Assembly (NCBI GenBank): GCA_041688525.1
Contig: JBDNIA010000124.1
Location: 8,380 to 72,379 of the forward strand
Direction of reading: 5' to 3'
DNA from: Crocinitomicaceae bacterium
GTDB lineage: Bacteria; Bacteroidota; Bacteroidia; Flavobacteriales_D; Crocinitomicaceae
Length of the DNA stretch: 64,000 nucleotides
Below are positions 35,118 through 44,700 of the stretch, in pieces (the first letter of the stretch is position 1; the number at the start of each line of letters is the position of its first letter). Under the pieces are notes generated by a model. It had not been told where the DNA came from. It made no database searches and saw nothing but the letters and a program-made list of their open reading frames with translations. A program made the position numbers and the translations under genes.

Positions 35118-35216
35118 ATGGCTCGTTTTGAGCCCATTATCGCATCATATTCCTTATAAACAGTAAATACAAATGACAGCCTTACCATAGGTATAACATT
35201 TATTAGGAGAATAAAA

Positions 35217-36125
35217 ATGGCAGATCGTAACAAATTTGAAGAAATGCTTGAGCGTCTTGTAAACGAAGACCGCGCAGGTGCAGAAGAACTATTCCACGAG
35301 ATTGTAGTTGAAAAATCACGTGACATTTATGAATCACTACTAGAATCAGATCTAGAAGATGAAGATGACGAAGAAGTTGATGAAACAACTGATGAAGAAG
35401 TTGATGAGTCAGACGACGAAGAAGTTGATGAGTCAGAAGATGACGAAGAACTAGACGAAGACTTTAACCTAGACGAATTTGAAGTTGAAGCAGACCCAAT
35501 GGCAGACATGATGGGCGGCGACAAAACTGACGACATGATGGGCGATATGAAAATGAGCTCCGATGACGACAGTGACGATGGTGAAGAAGGTACTGACGAG
35601 CGTATCAATGATTTAGAAGATGCTTTAGAAGAACTAAAAGCAGAATTTGAAAAAATGATGTCCGGTGAAGAAGGCGAACCAGAAATGGACGACGACGAAA
35701 TGGATATGGACGACGAAGAAGCCGATGACGACATGGACGACGAAGAGCCAGAAGAAGAGTCATTCCAAGCAACAATTACCCCACTAGAATCAAAAGTAGC
35801 TAAATCAGCAGGCGAGCAAATGCGCGAGTATGTTGAAAAAGTAAGTGCTACAATGGGCGACAACGGTGTAAACACAACGTCAACTCTAGCTAAGCCAAAC
35901 AACATGGGCGGAACAACTGCTAATATCGCAAAAGGCGGAACAGCAGATACTAAAGGAACAGCTGGTGGTTTAGCAAGTAACAAACCACAAGCAATGAATA
36001 CCAAGAACGTAAACGTTGTTGGTGCAAATGGCGCGACAAAAATGTCAAGCCAACCTGGTCACGGCGCTGAGAAAAAGGGCAAGCCAGAGACTGCTGCTAA
36101 TACCAAAAGTACTATCGGCAAGTAA
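35217..36125 (+). CDS. Extremely acidic protein with a basic/Gly-Thr-rich tail (prohead core / internal protein candidate)
   Basis: 302 aa with long Asp/Glu runs (DLEDEDDEEVDETTDEEVDESDDEEVDESEDDEELDEDF; EPEMDDDEMDMDDEEADDDMDDEEPEEE). It lies immediately upstream of the prohead protease. RBS AGGAGA at about 35204. Confidence 0.6.
   Translation: MADRNKFEEMLERLVNEDRAGAEELFHEIVVEKSRDIYESLLESDLEDEDDEEVDETTDEEVDESDDEEVDESEDDEELDEDFNLDEFEVEADPMADMMGGDKTDDMMGDMKMSSDDDSDDGEEGTDERINDLEDALEELKAEFEKMMSGEEGEPEMDDDEMDMDDEEADDDMDDEEPEEESFQATITPLESKVAKSAGEQMREYVEKVSATMGDNGVNTTSTLAKPNNMGGTTANIAKGGTADTKGTAGGLASNKPQAMNTKNVNVVGANGATKMSSQPGHGAEKKGKPETAANTKSTIGK
35367..35462 (+). repeat. In-frame 24-nt tandem repeat, about 4 units (GAYGAAGAAGTTGATGARNCANNN)
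   Basis: Units at 35367-35390, 35391-35414 and 35415-35438, plus a degenerate fourth. They encode DEEVDETT / DEEVDESD / DEEVDESE / DDEELDED. Confidence 0.8.
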
Positions 36126-36139
36126 GTAGGGAAATCTAG

Positions 36140-36763
36140 ATGAAAAACTTACGAGAACACCTAAGTTTCGACCAAGCGAAGATAATCGTTGAGTCTGCTA
36201 ACGAAGGAAAAGACTTGTTCATGAAAGGAATCATGATACAAGGCGGAGTACGCAACGCTAACCAGCGTGTGTATCCTGTAAATGAAATTGGCAGGGCTGT
36301 CAAAACTCTCAGCGAACAAATCGAGGGTGGATACAGTGTGCTCGGAGAAGTTGATCATCCAGAAGGACTTAATATTAACCTAGATCGCGTAAGCCATATG
36401 ATCAGCGAATGCTGGATGGATGGCCCAAACGGTTATGGGAAATTAAAGATACTACCAACACCTATGGGTAACCTAGTTAAAACAATGCTGGAAAGCGGAG
36501 TTAAACTAGGAGTCTCATCAAGAGGTTCAGGTAATGTTAGTGAAGACGGTAGCGGCAACGTTAGCGACTTTGAAATTATAACAGTGGACGTTGTGGCACA
36601 GCCTAGCGCCCCTGGAGCATATCCTACTGCAATCTATGAGCATCTTATGAACGCTCGTGGAGGAATGAAGGCGTATGAACTGGCACAGGCAACAAAACAC
36701 GACACCAAGGCACAGAAGTACTTAAAAGAATCGCTGATTAATATAATCAGTCGACTCCAATAA
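36140..36763 (+). CDS. gp21: Prohead core protease, T4 gp21 family (peptidase U9)
   Basis: GIMIQGGVRNANQRVYPVNEIGRAV, VLGEVDHPEG, GVSSRGSGN and VDVVAQPSAPGAY parallel the gp21 segments GIFMQAEVVNRNKRLYPKRILEKAV, LGELNHP, GVSSRGLG and VDAVWGPSAPDAW. The gp21 sequence is from memory. Confidence 0.9.
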   Translation: MKNLREHLSFDQAKIIVESANEGKDLFMKGIMIQGGVRNANQRVYPVNEIGRAVKTLSEQIEGGYSVLGEVDHPEGLNINLDRVSHMISECWMDGPNGYGKLKILPTPMGNLVKTMLESGVKLGVSSRGSGNVSEDGSGNVSDFEIITVDVVAQPSAPGAYPTAIYEHLMNARGGMKAYELAQATKHDTKAQKYLKESLINIISRLQ

Positions 36764-36777
36764 AAGGAGAACAAAAT

Positions 36778-37872
36778 ATGTTGGAAGCACTTAAAACACT
36801 TTTCGAAAACGATGTAGTTTCTGAGGAAGTACGTGCAGATATCGAAGGCGCATGGAATGCAAAGATTCAAGAAAACAAGATGCAGGCAACTGCTGAGTTA
36901 CGTGAAGAATTTGCAAAGAAATACGAGCACGACAAGTCAACTATGGTTGACGCAATCGACTCTATGATTTCAGAACGCCTTGCAGAAGAAATTTCAGAGT
37001 TTGCAGAAGATCGCAAACAACTAGCTGAAGCAAAAGCAAAGTATGCAGTAGCAATGCGTGAAAACGCAGACCTAATGAAACGCTTTGTTGCTGAGTCGCT
37101 AGCAAAAGAAGTTACTGAGCTGCATGAAGATCAAAAAGCAATTGCCAAAAAGTTTGGTATGCTTGAGAACTTTATCGTTGATGCACTTGCAAAAGAAATT
37201 GCAGAATTCCACGAAGACAAGAAAGATTTAGCTGAAACTAAGGTCAAACTTATTAAAGAAGCTAAAAACAAATTTGCAGAAGTTAAAAATAACTTTATTG
37301 CAAAAGGCGCTGCTAAGGTATCTGCTATTGTTGAATCAACTCTTACTAAAGAGATGACACAACTTAAAGAAGATATTGAAGAAGCACGTAGAAACGATTT
37401 TGGTCGTAAGTTATTTGAAGCATTTGCTTCAGAGTACGCAACAAGTCATCTGAACGAAAATTCAGAAACTGCAAAATTAATGCAAGTTGTTGCGTTGAAA
37501 GACAAACAATTAGTTGAAGCAAAAGCATTTGCTGTTAAAGCAAAAGTATTAGCTGAATCTAAAGACCAAGAAATTAAACGCATGGCATCTATTGCCGAGC
37601 GCAAAAACAGACTTAGTGAACTCTTATCGCCCTTGAATAAAGGTCAAAGAGAAATCATGACAGATTTACTGGAATCAGTACAAACCGATAGACTACAAAA
37701 GTCTTTTGATAAGTACCTACCATCGGTTATCGATGGACATACTCCGGCAAAGAAGGCAGTCTTATCAGAGGCAAAAGAAATTACAGGCAACCGCGAGAAA
37801 TCGCACACTAACGTTAGTTCAATGCAAGATGATAATGTCGTTGACATTCGTCGTTTAGCTGGTTTAAAATAA
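36778..37872 (+). CDS. Prohead scaffolding protein (T4 gp22 role), coiled coil with internal repeats
   Basis: It sits between the protease and the major capsid gene. It is Lys/Glu/Ala-rich with four related units: RLAEEISEFAEDRKQLAEAK, SLAKEVTELHEDQKAIAKKF, ALAKEIAEFHEDKKDLAETK, TLTKEMTQLKEDIEEARRND. RBS AAGGAGA. Confidence 0.65.
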   Translation: MLEALKTLFENDVVSEEVRADIEGAWNAKIQENKMQATAELREEFAKKYEHDKSTMVDAIDSMISERLAEEISEFAEDRKQLAEAKAKYAVAMRENADLMKRFVAESLAKEVTELHEDQKAIAKKFGMLENFIVDALAKEIAEFHEDKKDLAETKVKLIKEAKNKFAEVKNNFIAKGAAKVSAIVESTLTKEMTQLKEDIEEARRNDFGRKLFEAFASEYATSHLNENSETAKLMQVVALKDKQLVEAKAFAVKAKVLAESKDQEIKRMASIAERKNRLSELLSPLNKGQREIMTDLLESVQTDRLQKSFDKYLPSVIDGHTPAKKAVLSEAKEITGNREKSHTNVSSMQDDNVVDIRRLAGLK

Positions 37873-37882
37873 GGAGAAAACT

Positions 37883-39058
37883 ATGTCGGAACTACTAGAA
37901 AGCCGCTGGTCAGATACAAAAAATGCACTTCTTGAGGGCCTAACAGGTACCAAGAAGGCTGTAATGGCAACTACTTTGGAAAATACCCGTAGGTATCTTT
38001 CAGAGAGTGCTACAGCTGGTGCAACATCTGCAGGCAATGTCGCAACACTTAACCGTGTTATTTTACCCGTTATTAGACGTGTAATGCCAACCGTTATCGC
38101 TAACGATCTAGTTGGTGTTCAGCCTATGACAGGCCCAGTGGGACAAATCCACACACTACGTGTTCGCTATAGCGACACGGCAGGTACAGGCGCAAGTGGC
38201 GCAGTAGCTGGTGAAGAGGCACTAAGCCCATTCAAGATTGCTGAAGCATATTCAGGCAACACAACATCAGGTAAAGCAGCTTCAACTGCCGCTCTTGAAG
38301 GTGCTGCTGGTAATAAACTAAGCATCCAGATCTTGAAGCAAACTGTTGAAGCAAAATCACGCAAGCTATCAGCTCGCTGGACTTTTGAATCAGCACAAGA
38401 CGCACAGTCAATGCACGGTATTGATGTTGAAGCAGAAATCATGGCAGCTCTTGCACAAGAGATTACTGCTGAGATTGACCAAGAAGTACTAGCTTCGCTA
38501 GTTTCGCTTGCTGGTACAGCTGGTTCAACATACGACCAAGCAACTGTAAGTGGTACTGCTACTTTCGTTGGTGACGAGCATGCTGCTCTTGCTGTTTTAA
38601 TTAACCGCGAGTCAAACAAAATTGCTCAACGCACACGTCGTGGCGCAGGTAACTGGGCCGTTGTTTCGCCATTCGCGTTAACAATCCTACAATCTGCAAC
38701 TACTTCAGCGTTTGCACGTACAACTGAAGGAACATTCGAATCTCCAACTAACACTAAGATGGTTGGTACATTGAATAATGCTATGAAAGTTTATGTTAAC
38801 ACATATTCAGCAGATAGCGCAGCAGTTCTAATCGGTTACAAAGGTTCAAGCGAATCAGATGCAGCGGCATTCTATTGCCCATACATCCCGCTAATGAGCT
38901 CAGGTGTTGTACTAGACCCAGCAACATTCGAACCAGTCGTATCGTTTATGACACGTTACGGATATGTTGAGCTAAACAACACAGCATCGTCTTTAGGCAA
39001 TGCTGCTGACTACCTAGCTAAAGTTGCTATCACAAACGGCAACGTATCATTCCAGTAA
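37883..39058 (+). CDS. gp23: Major capsid protein, T4 gp23 family
   Basis: VIRRVMPTVIANDLVGVQPMTGPVGQIHTLRVRY matches the gp23 segment VVRRAIPNLIAFDICGVQPMNSPTGQVFALRAVY, from memory. RBS AAGGAGA. A strong terminator follows. Confidence 0.92.
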   Translation: MSELLESRWSDTKNALLEGLTGTKKAVMATTLENTRRYLSESATAGATSAGNVATLNRVILPVIRRVMPTVIANDLVGVQPMTGPVGQIHTLRVRYSDTAGTGASGAVAGEEALSPFKIAEAYSGNTTSGKAASTAALEGAAGNKLSIQILKQTVEAKSRKLSARWTFESAQDAQSMHGIDVEAEIMAALAQEITAEIDQEVLASLVSLAGTAGSTYDQATVSGTATFVGDEHAALAVLINRESNKIAQRTRRGAGNWAVVSPFALTILQSATTSAFARTTEGTFESPTNTKMVGTLNNAMKVYVNTYSADSAAVLIGYKGSSESDAAAFYCPYIPLMSSGVVLDPATFEPVVSFMTRYGYVELNNTASSLGNAADYLAKVAITNGNVSFQ

Positions 39059-39075
39059 TTAGTTACTGAAATATA

Positions 39076-39103
39076 AAATAGGCCCTCCGGGGCCTATTTT
39101 TAT
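39076..39103 (+). terminator. Rho-independent terminator after the major capsid gene
   Basis: AAATAGGCCC (39076-39085), loop TCCG, GGGCCTATTT (39090-39099), then TTAT. The 10-bp stem is perfect and has a GC core. Confidence 0.85.
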
Positions 39104-39119
39104 GACTTGAGTAAACTTT

Positions 39120-39127
39120 GATAAATA
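39120..39127 (+). promoter_or_regulatory. Late-promoter-like motif GATAAATA(CT), about 90 nt upstream of ATG 39217
   Basis: GATAAATACTTGTGT. This is nearly identical to GATAAATACTGTTGTGT at 45111. Confidence 0.4.
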
Positions 39128-39216
39128 CTTGTGTCGATAATCGTGCCGCAATCAGCGGACTTATGCAGAAATGACCCACTGCGTAGACCTAGAACGTTTT
39201 AAAGGAGAAAAAACAA

Positions 39217-39780
39217 ATGGGACGTCCACTAAACAAGAGATTTTTCGGAACACCAACAAATGCTGGTAACGAGATTAAAGTACAGTTTCACAACGGAGAT
39301 GCATCAGTAAACGGTTGGATCATTAAGCAACTTGGAAGTAAGAAATTCCGTTGCACCGACGGCACAGAAACAAAAGTTTGTACATTAGTAGACAAACTTA
39401 CTGGAGCAATTGCTGCTGGCGAAATGACTATTACAGTTAAAGACGACGACGGAGTAGCACGTCAAGTTACCAAAATTGCAGGACGTAAAGTAACACTTGA
39501 CACAGGTGTAAGCATTGCTTGGAACATGTCAGACGCAAATAATGATAATGCTGTTGAAATGGAAGAGGCGGGTAGTGAAACTGCTAGTGAAATTCTTGTT
39601 GCAACAGCACTTGTTACGAATGGTATTGTTTACCAAATCGTTACAGCTGGAAACACAGACTTTACAACATTCGGCGCAGCAGACAGTGATGTCGGTACAA
39701 TCTTTACTATGGCAGCACAGCCAGGCACAGGAACTGGTACTGTTAGAATTGCACCAGATGATTTTGAAGCTGACGAATAA
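39217..39780 (+). CDS. Hypothetical virion-module protein
   Basis: 187-aa ORF with RBS AAGGAGA. N-terminus MGRPLNKRFFGTPTNAGNEIKV. No family recognised. Confidence 0.6.
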   Translation: MGRPLNKRFFGTPTNAGNEIKVQFHNGDASVNGWIIKQLGSKKFRCTDGTETKVCTLVDKLTGAIAAGEMTITVKDDDGVARQVTKIAGRKVTLDTGVSIAWNMSDANNDNAVEMEEAGSETASEILVATALVTNGIVYQIVTAGNTDFTTFGAADSDVGTIFTMAAQPGTGTGTVRIAPDDFEADE

Positions 39781-39839
39781 GCGTAATATTAGTTATGGGG
39801 GATTAAGTTCTCCCATTACTTTCTACATAGGAATTAAGA

Positions 39840-40874
39840 ATGTCAAAGGTATTACGAGTAACAGACGGTAACTATAGAATCATAGTAGATAACGGTACGA
39901 CCGGAACAATCTACTTAGATACTACTAGTGGATCAGCAAGCCCTAGAGGCGTTGTTGTGATCACCGGCGACTTAGAAGTTAAAGGGACTACAACTACTGT
40001 AGAATCTACTGTTACTACTATTGCTGATAACATACTAACACTAAACGATGGAGAAGCTGGTGCCGGAATACGTGCCAGCTTCGACTATAAAGCAGGTATT
40101 GAAATTGATAGAGGTAGTTTACCTACTGCAAGATTAGTATTTGATGAACAAAGTCCTTATGTTGCAGGAGGAAGCAGCGGCACAGGCTCATTTAGATTTG
40201 AAGACATTAATGGAGCATTTCTTCCACTTAATGTAAACAGTATTAATGCTGAAGGACCGTTGTATGTAACAACTCCTAACAGTGCTATTAATGTAGCAGG
40301 TACAGTTGACTACGAAGAAAATGTATTTAACTATACTGCTGGCGTAATTACTGATCCAGGCGGCGGAAATGTTGTATTAAATAACGATTTTATTCCAAAT
40401 GCTAAAGGATTAGTTGATTATGTAACATATGCATTTACAAGTAACTTTCAACCTTGTATTTCTGACGCAGACACTAGTGTAGTTGCTGCTGACTTTGATA
40501 ATAGTGCAGTTGAAAGTACTGTAGTTGTAACAGTTGATGGAATACTAACTGCTAATTTTTATTCTAATAGAATAGAATTAGGCGATATTAAGATACAAAG
40601 AAATGAAATTTCAACAGTTAATAGTGACGAATCGTTACTATTATCCTCGCCAGGTGCTGGATCAGTTACAGTTAAAGATGCACTTGAGATAACTGAATTT
40701 TTATATGAGGATGACGGAGTAACACCGTCTAGCACTGCACCCGATAGTGGAATAAAATTGTTTTCAACTACAGAAGGTACAGGTGATACTGGATTATATT
40801 TTGTAAATAAGAGCAGTACCACAGGAGAAATAATAAGTAAAAACAGAGCATTGCTGTTTAGCATGCTTTTTTAA
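39840..40874 (+). CDS. Fibre-like structural protein
   Basis: 344 aa. The N-terminal segment VVITGDLEVKGTTTTVESTVTTIADNILTLNDGEAGAGI is a motif type I associate with phage and algal-virus fibre proteins. It is followed at 9 nt by a member of the 110-aa family. Confidence 0.55.
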   Translation: MSKVLRVTDGNYRIIVDNGTTGTIYLDTTSGSASPRGVVVITGDLEVKGTTTTVESTVTTIADNILTLNDGEAGAGIRASFDYKAGIEIDRGSLPTARLVFDEQSPYVAGGSSGTGSFRFEDINGAFLPLNVNSINAEGPLYVTTPNSAINVAGTVDYEENVFNYTAGVITDPGGGNVVLNNDFIPNAKGLVDYVTYAFTSNFQPCISDADTSVVAADFDNSAVESTVVVTVDGILTANFYSNRIELGDIKIQRNEISTVNSDESLLLSSPGAGSVTVKDALEITEFLYEDDGVTPSSTAPDSGIKLFSTTEGTGDTGLYFVNKSSTTGEIISKNRALLFSMLF

Positions 40875-40883
40875 GGAAACAAT

Positions 40884-41216
40884 ATGGCAATAGTAAACGC
40901 ACAATTAACAACAAATCAACTAGACGTAATTACTGTACCGGCAAGTAAGAGTTATGCTGTTACAAATATATTAGTGTGTAATACAGGCTCTGCAGACTCA
41001 ACATTTGACTTGCATTTTATTGCAAGCGGAACTTCGTTGGCAAATAAAGTTACACGAGTTATTAATAATCTAACATTGCCAGCAGGCGAAACTTTTACAT
41101 TTGATAGTGAAAGAATTGTGTTAGAAGCCGGCGATACTGTATCTTTTGTTGCAAGTCCAGATATTGGCGGTGCATTAACAGACCTAGCAACAACAGTAAG
41201 TTATTTGGAAGTATAA
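40884..41216 (+). CDS. Small fibre-cassette protein, member 1 of a three-member 109-110-aa paralogue family
   Basis: Shares with 48769..49098 and 63260..63589 the MA start, a Cys/Phe-Asn/Thr-Asn core (ILVCNTG / LSFTNLT / VSFCNKN), LPAGE/LPAGT/LPGGV, and the end VSYLEV / VSYVEIT / YGIETVTA. Confidence 0.65.
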   Translation: MAIVNAQLTTNQLDVITVPASKSYAVTNILVCNTGSADSTFDLHFIASGTSLANKVTRVINNLTLPAGETFTFDSERIVLEAGDTVSFVASPDIGGALTDLATTVSYLEV

Positions 41217-41746
41217 TGAGATTAATTAAAGCCCAAACAACCAATCTACGCAGTATTGTAGGCCGCGGCGTTAAGTACGATATTAATGATCAAGTAGTTC
41301 TTGAATCAACTAATGTTGTATTAATACCTAAAGGCGATGCTGGAGAACGTCCTACTAGTCCAACTAACGGACATGCAAGATATAATACAGATGTAGAAGA
41401 GTTTGAGTTTTATCAAGACGGTGCCTGGCGCAAAGTTCGTTATAAAGAGCCTAATAGTGTAGGCATTACTCAACAAAACTTAGGAAATGGCGATGCATCT
41501 GAAACAGTATTTGGACCGTTAGCAAGCGGCGATGCAGACTATCCTATTCCGGCAGCAGCACAAAATGTACTTGTACTAGTAGAAAATGTTTTTCAAATTT
41601 CGGCAACAAACTATACACTTGAGCAAAGTGTAAGCGGAAGTTTAGCAGGTCCTAACGCACCGTATGCAGACGGATGGTATATTAAATTTACTTCTGCACC
41701 TGATTTAGCAAGACCTATAACAGTACTACACAACTTCGACAAGTAA
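41216..41746 (+). CDS. Small structural protein carrying the 'P.G....RP..P..G..RYNT....E.Y..G.W' module
   Basis: LIPKGDAGERPTSPTNGHARYNTDVEEFEFYQDGAWRKV. The same module occurs in the fibre ORFs 41777 and 45232. TAATG overlap with the upstream gene. Confidence 0.6.
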   Translation: MRLIKAQTTNLRSIVGRGVKYDINDQVVLESTNVVLIPKGDAGERPTSPTNGHARYNTDVEEFEFYQDGAWRKVRYKEPNSVGITQQNLGNGDASETVFGPLASGDADYPIPAAAQNVLVLVENVFQISATNYTLEQSVSGSLAGPNAPYADGWYIKFTSAPDLARPITVLHNFDK

Positions 41747-41749
41747 TCC

Positions 41750-41757
41750 TATAAATA
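41750..41757 (+). promoter_or_regulatory. Exact T4-type late promoter motif TATAAATA(C), 19 nt upstream of ATG 41777
   Basis: CCTATAAATACTACTAATAGGAGTAGGGCATG. The motif, the AGGAG RBS and the start codon are in plausible spacing. Confidence 0.5.
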
Positions 41758-41776
41758 CTACTAATAGGAGTAGGGC

Positions 41777-44700
41777 ATGTCACAAGTTGGTAGAATTTCC
41801 GGACCATTATTAACAGCAAACCTTGAACGCAACGGTGTTAACCTTGCATTTAGGAATACTTCTTCTGACACACAACTCTTATTCCTTGATGTCAACAGTG
41901 GTAAAATAGGTGTTAATAAAGGTGTAGCAGGATACGAGTTTGATGTTAACGGAACTTCAAGATCCTCTAATCTTCTATCTACTACGAGCACCATAGCAAA
42001 TTATACAATTGAAGGTAATAATTTAACCGTATTAGTAGGCGATATTAATCTTGTAGCATCTGAAGCTATTAAACTTTCTGCATTAGGCACAGATAATATT
42101 AATATAGATGATAATATTATATCTAGTTTTAATAGCAATTCAAATATTGATTTGATACCTAACGGAACTGGCAAAATTGATGTATTTTCAAACTTAGAAG
42201 TATACGGAAACTTACATAGTAATCAAAATATTACACTTGACGGTACAATTACATTTGGCGATACTATAAGTCAGGATACTATTGAGTTTAATACTGATGT
42301 AAATAGTGACATTAATCCTGATTCAAATGACACTTATCAAATAGGTTCTATTGACAAACGTTGGAGTACGTTGTATACTAACTTAGTAAATGGTACAGGA
42401 GTATCTGCTAATGCTCTTAGCATTAGTGGTCTTGATTATAACTTAAAATTAGGAAATATATTCTACGTTAGTGTTAACGGCGATGATACTAATTCTGGTG
42501 ATTCTAAATTTTCACCATTTGCAACTGTAAAAAGAGCACTAGCTGCTGCTGATGCAAGTACAGCAGGTCCGGTAACTATTCAAATATATCCAGGTGAATA
42601 CCAAGAGCAACTGCCTCTAACTGTTCCAAGCAATGTTACAGTGCAAGGCGTTGATATGCGCAATACTATCATTGTTCCTGATACAAGTTCACAAAGTGAA
42701 GATGTATTTTTACTTAACGGCGAATCAACTGTACAGAATTTAACAATTAAAGATTTTTATGCTCCGGGATATGCATTCAGCTTTGCACCTAACACAGTCG
42801 TAAGCACACGCAGTCCATATGTACAAAACGTAACTGTAATTACAAAAGGCACAACAACAAGTGCAAGCGATCCAAGGGGGTTTGCTAGCAGAGACGCAGG
42901 CGGCGGCGCCTATATTGACGGTGCAGATGTAGAAAGCGTAAGTCAAGAAGCAAGTATGCTTTTCCATAGTGTTACATTTATTACTCCAGGCGTAGATGCA
43001 ATCACAGCAACTAACGGTGTTAGAATTGAATGGCTAAACTGTTTTATATACTTTGCTTCAAAAGGATTATATGCATTTGACGGAGTTGATGGACATCTAA
43101 GCACAGACGGATCAACAGTTAAGTATGGTGCTGAAATACGATCAATTGGTTCGGCAAATATATATGGTGAATACGGTGTTGTGGCAGACGGTGTAGATAC
43201 ATTAATATATCTAATAAACCATAATATGGCGTATATAGGTACAGGAAAATATGTTGATAATGACGCAAGCCGAGTAATTCAAACGCAAGAAGTAACAGAA
43301 TTAAACAGCGGAACAATCTATTATCAAACAATAGACCAATATGGCAATTATAGAGTCGGCGATCAGTTCTTTGTTAATCAAGAAAGCGGCGAAACAAGTT
43401 TAGTTATTAATGAGGCACAGGTTGATGCACTCAATGGATTAACAATTACTACTAACGGTAATATTACATTAATCAACGGCACTCAGGCCAAAACTGGTAA
43501 TATACGATTAGATAATAATGATATTTCATCTATACTTGCAGATATTAATATTAGTGCAGCAAGCGGAATAATAAATCTAAACAGTAGTACTATTGTACAT
43601 AAAAATTTAGACATTACTGGTGATTTAAGTTTTGGAGGCAATCTTAACCTGTTAGGAAATCAAACTACTGATATAATTGACTTTAATGTTAACTTTGATC
43701 AAAATATTAATCCTAATCAAGACGGAACCTTTAATTTAGGTTCTGCTGCTAAAGAATGGGTATACACTAACGCTAATCGTGCAAACTTAGGCGATGTTGA
43801 GTTTACTCAGAACTACATTACTACTACAGTATCAAATGCAGATTTAGAATTACGTGCAAGCGGCGTTAGCGAAATAATACTTCCTAATAATGATTTAGAA
43901 ATAGATAATATTCTAGAAGTTAACGGAATTACAGATTTACAAGACTTGAATACAAACAGTTTTGTGATAGCAAATAATTTAAATATATCTCAAAATTTTA
44001 ATACTACAAACTTAACAGTCGGAAACTTAACAGTTGGATCGCAAGCACAGTTTGAAGAAATTAATATTGACGGTAATATTATTACCACAACTACAAGTAA
44101 TGCAGATTTAGAATTACGTGCAAGTGGTACTGGAACAGTATTAATACCAAATAATAACACTTACATATATAATGATTTAACTGTAGATACACTAAATGCA
44201 GCAACTATTAATATTAACAATACATTTGCTATAGAAAATTTAAACAGTTCAAGCGATATAGAAATATTTGATAATGTTATACGTACTACCAACAGTAATA
44301 GTAATTTAGAATTACGTGCTGCCGGTACCGGAAGTGTATTCTTACAACAAACATACTTTAATACGTCGACAATGGGTACTGTTTCGACAGATTTCAATTT
44401 TGATGTTACTGAAAATTTAAATATAATAGGCGTTGGTGCTTTGAGAATCCCCAATGGAGCAGCATCACTATCTTCGTCGGGCAATCTTGGTGATATAAGA
44501 TTTAATACATCTACTAACTTATTCGAAGGCACAAGTAACGATACTGTTGCGTTCGGCGGTGGTTACTCTACTAACAGGCTTACTAGTCTAACAGCGCATC
44601 CTACAAATAACACATTAATATTTACAGTTAATAACTTACAAGTAGGCACAGTTAATAGCGACGGGATTGAATTAAACAGATTGCAAGTTGATGATATATT

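Noticed and set aside
35327-36004. Long antisense ORFs in the track. Examples are the 225-aa Ser-rich ORF opposite the acidic protein, plus 27469..27870, 29050..29490, 30541..30870, 33788..34198, 38167..38619, 16682..16924, 18240..18563, 20439..20858, 47685..48170 and 45516..45884.
   Set aside because: Each lies fully antisense to a gene supported by family motifs or synteny. Their composition (poly-Ser mirror of GAA/GAT runs, Pro/Ala mirror of GC-rich tails) is what antisense reading of biased coding sequence produces. None has an RBS or a recognisable motif.
39515-39871. 118-aa ORF overlapping the end of 39217..39780 and the start of 39840..40874.
   Set aside because: It is an alternative frame of a supported ORF. 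It has low-complexity Leu/Gln composition, no RBS, and bridges two genes. The hairpin GGGGGA-N6-TCTCCC (39797-39814) in the gap is noted only as a weak attenuator candidate.
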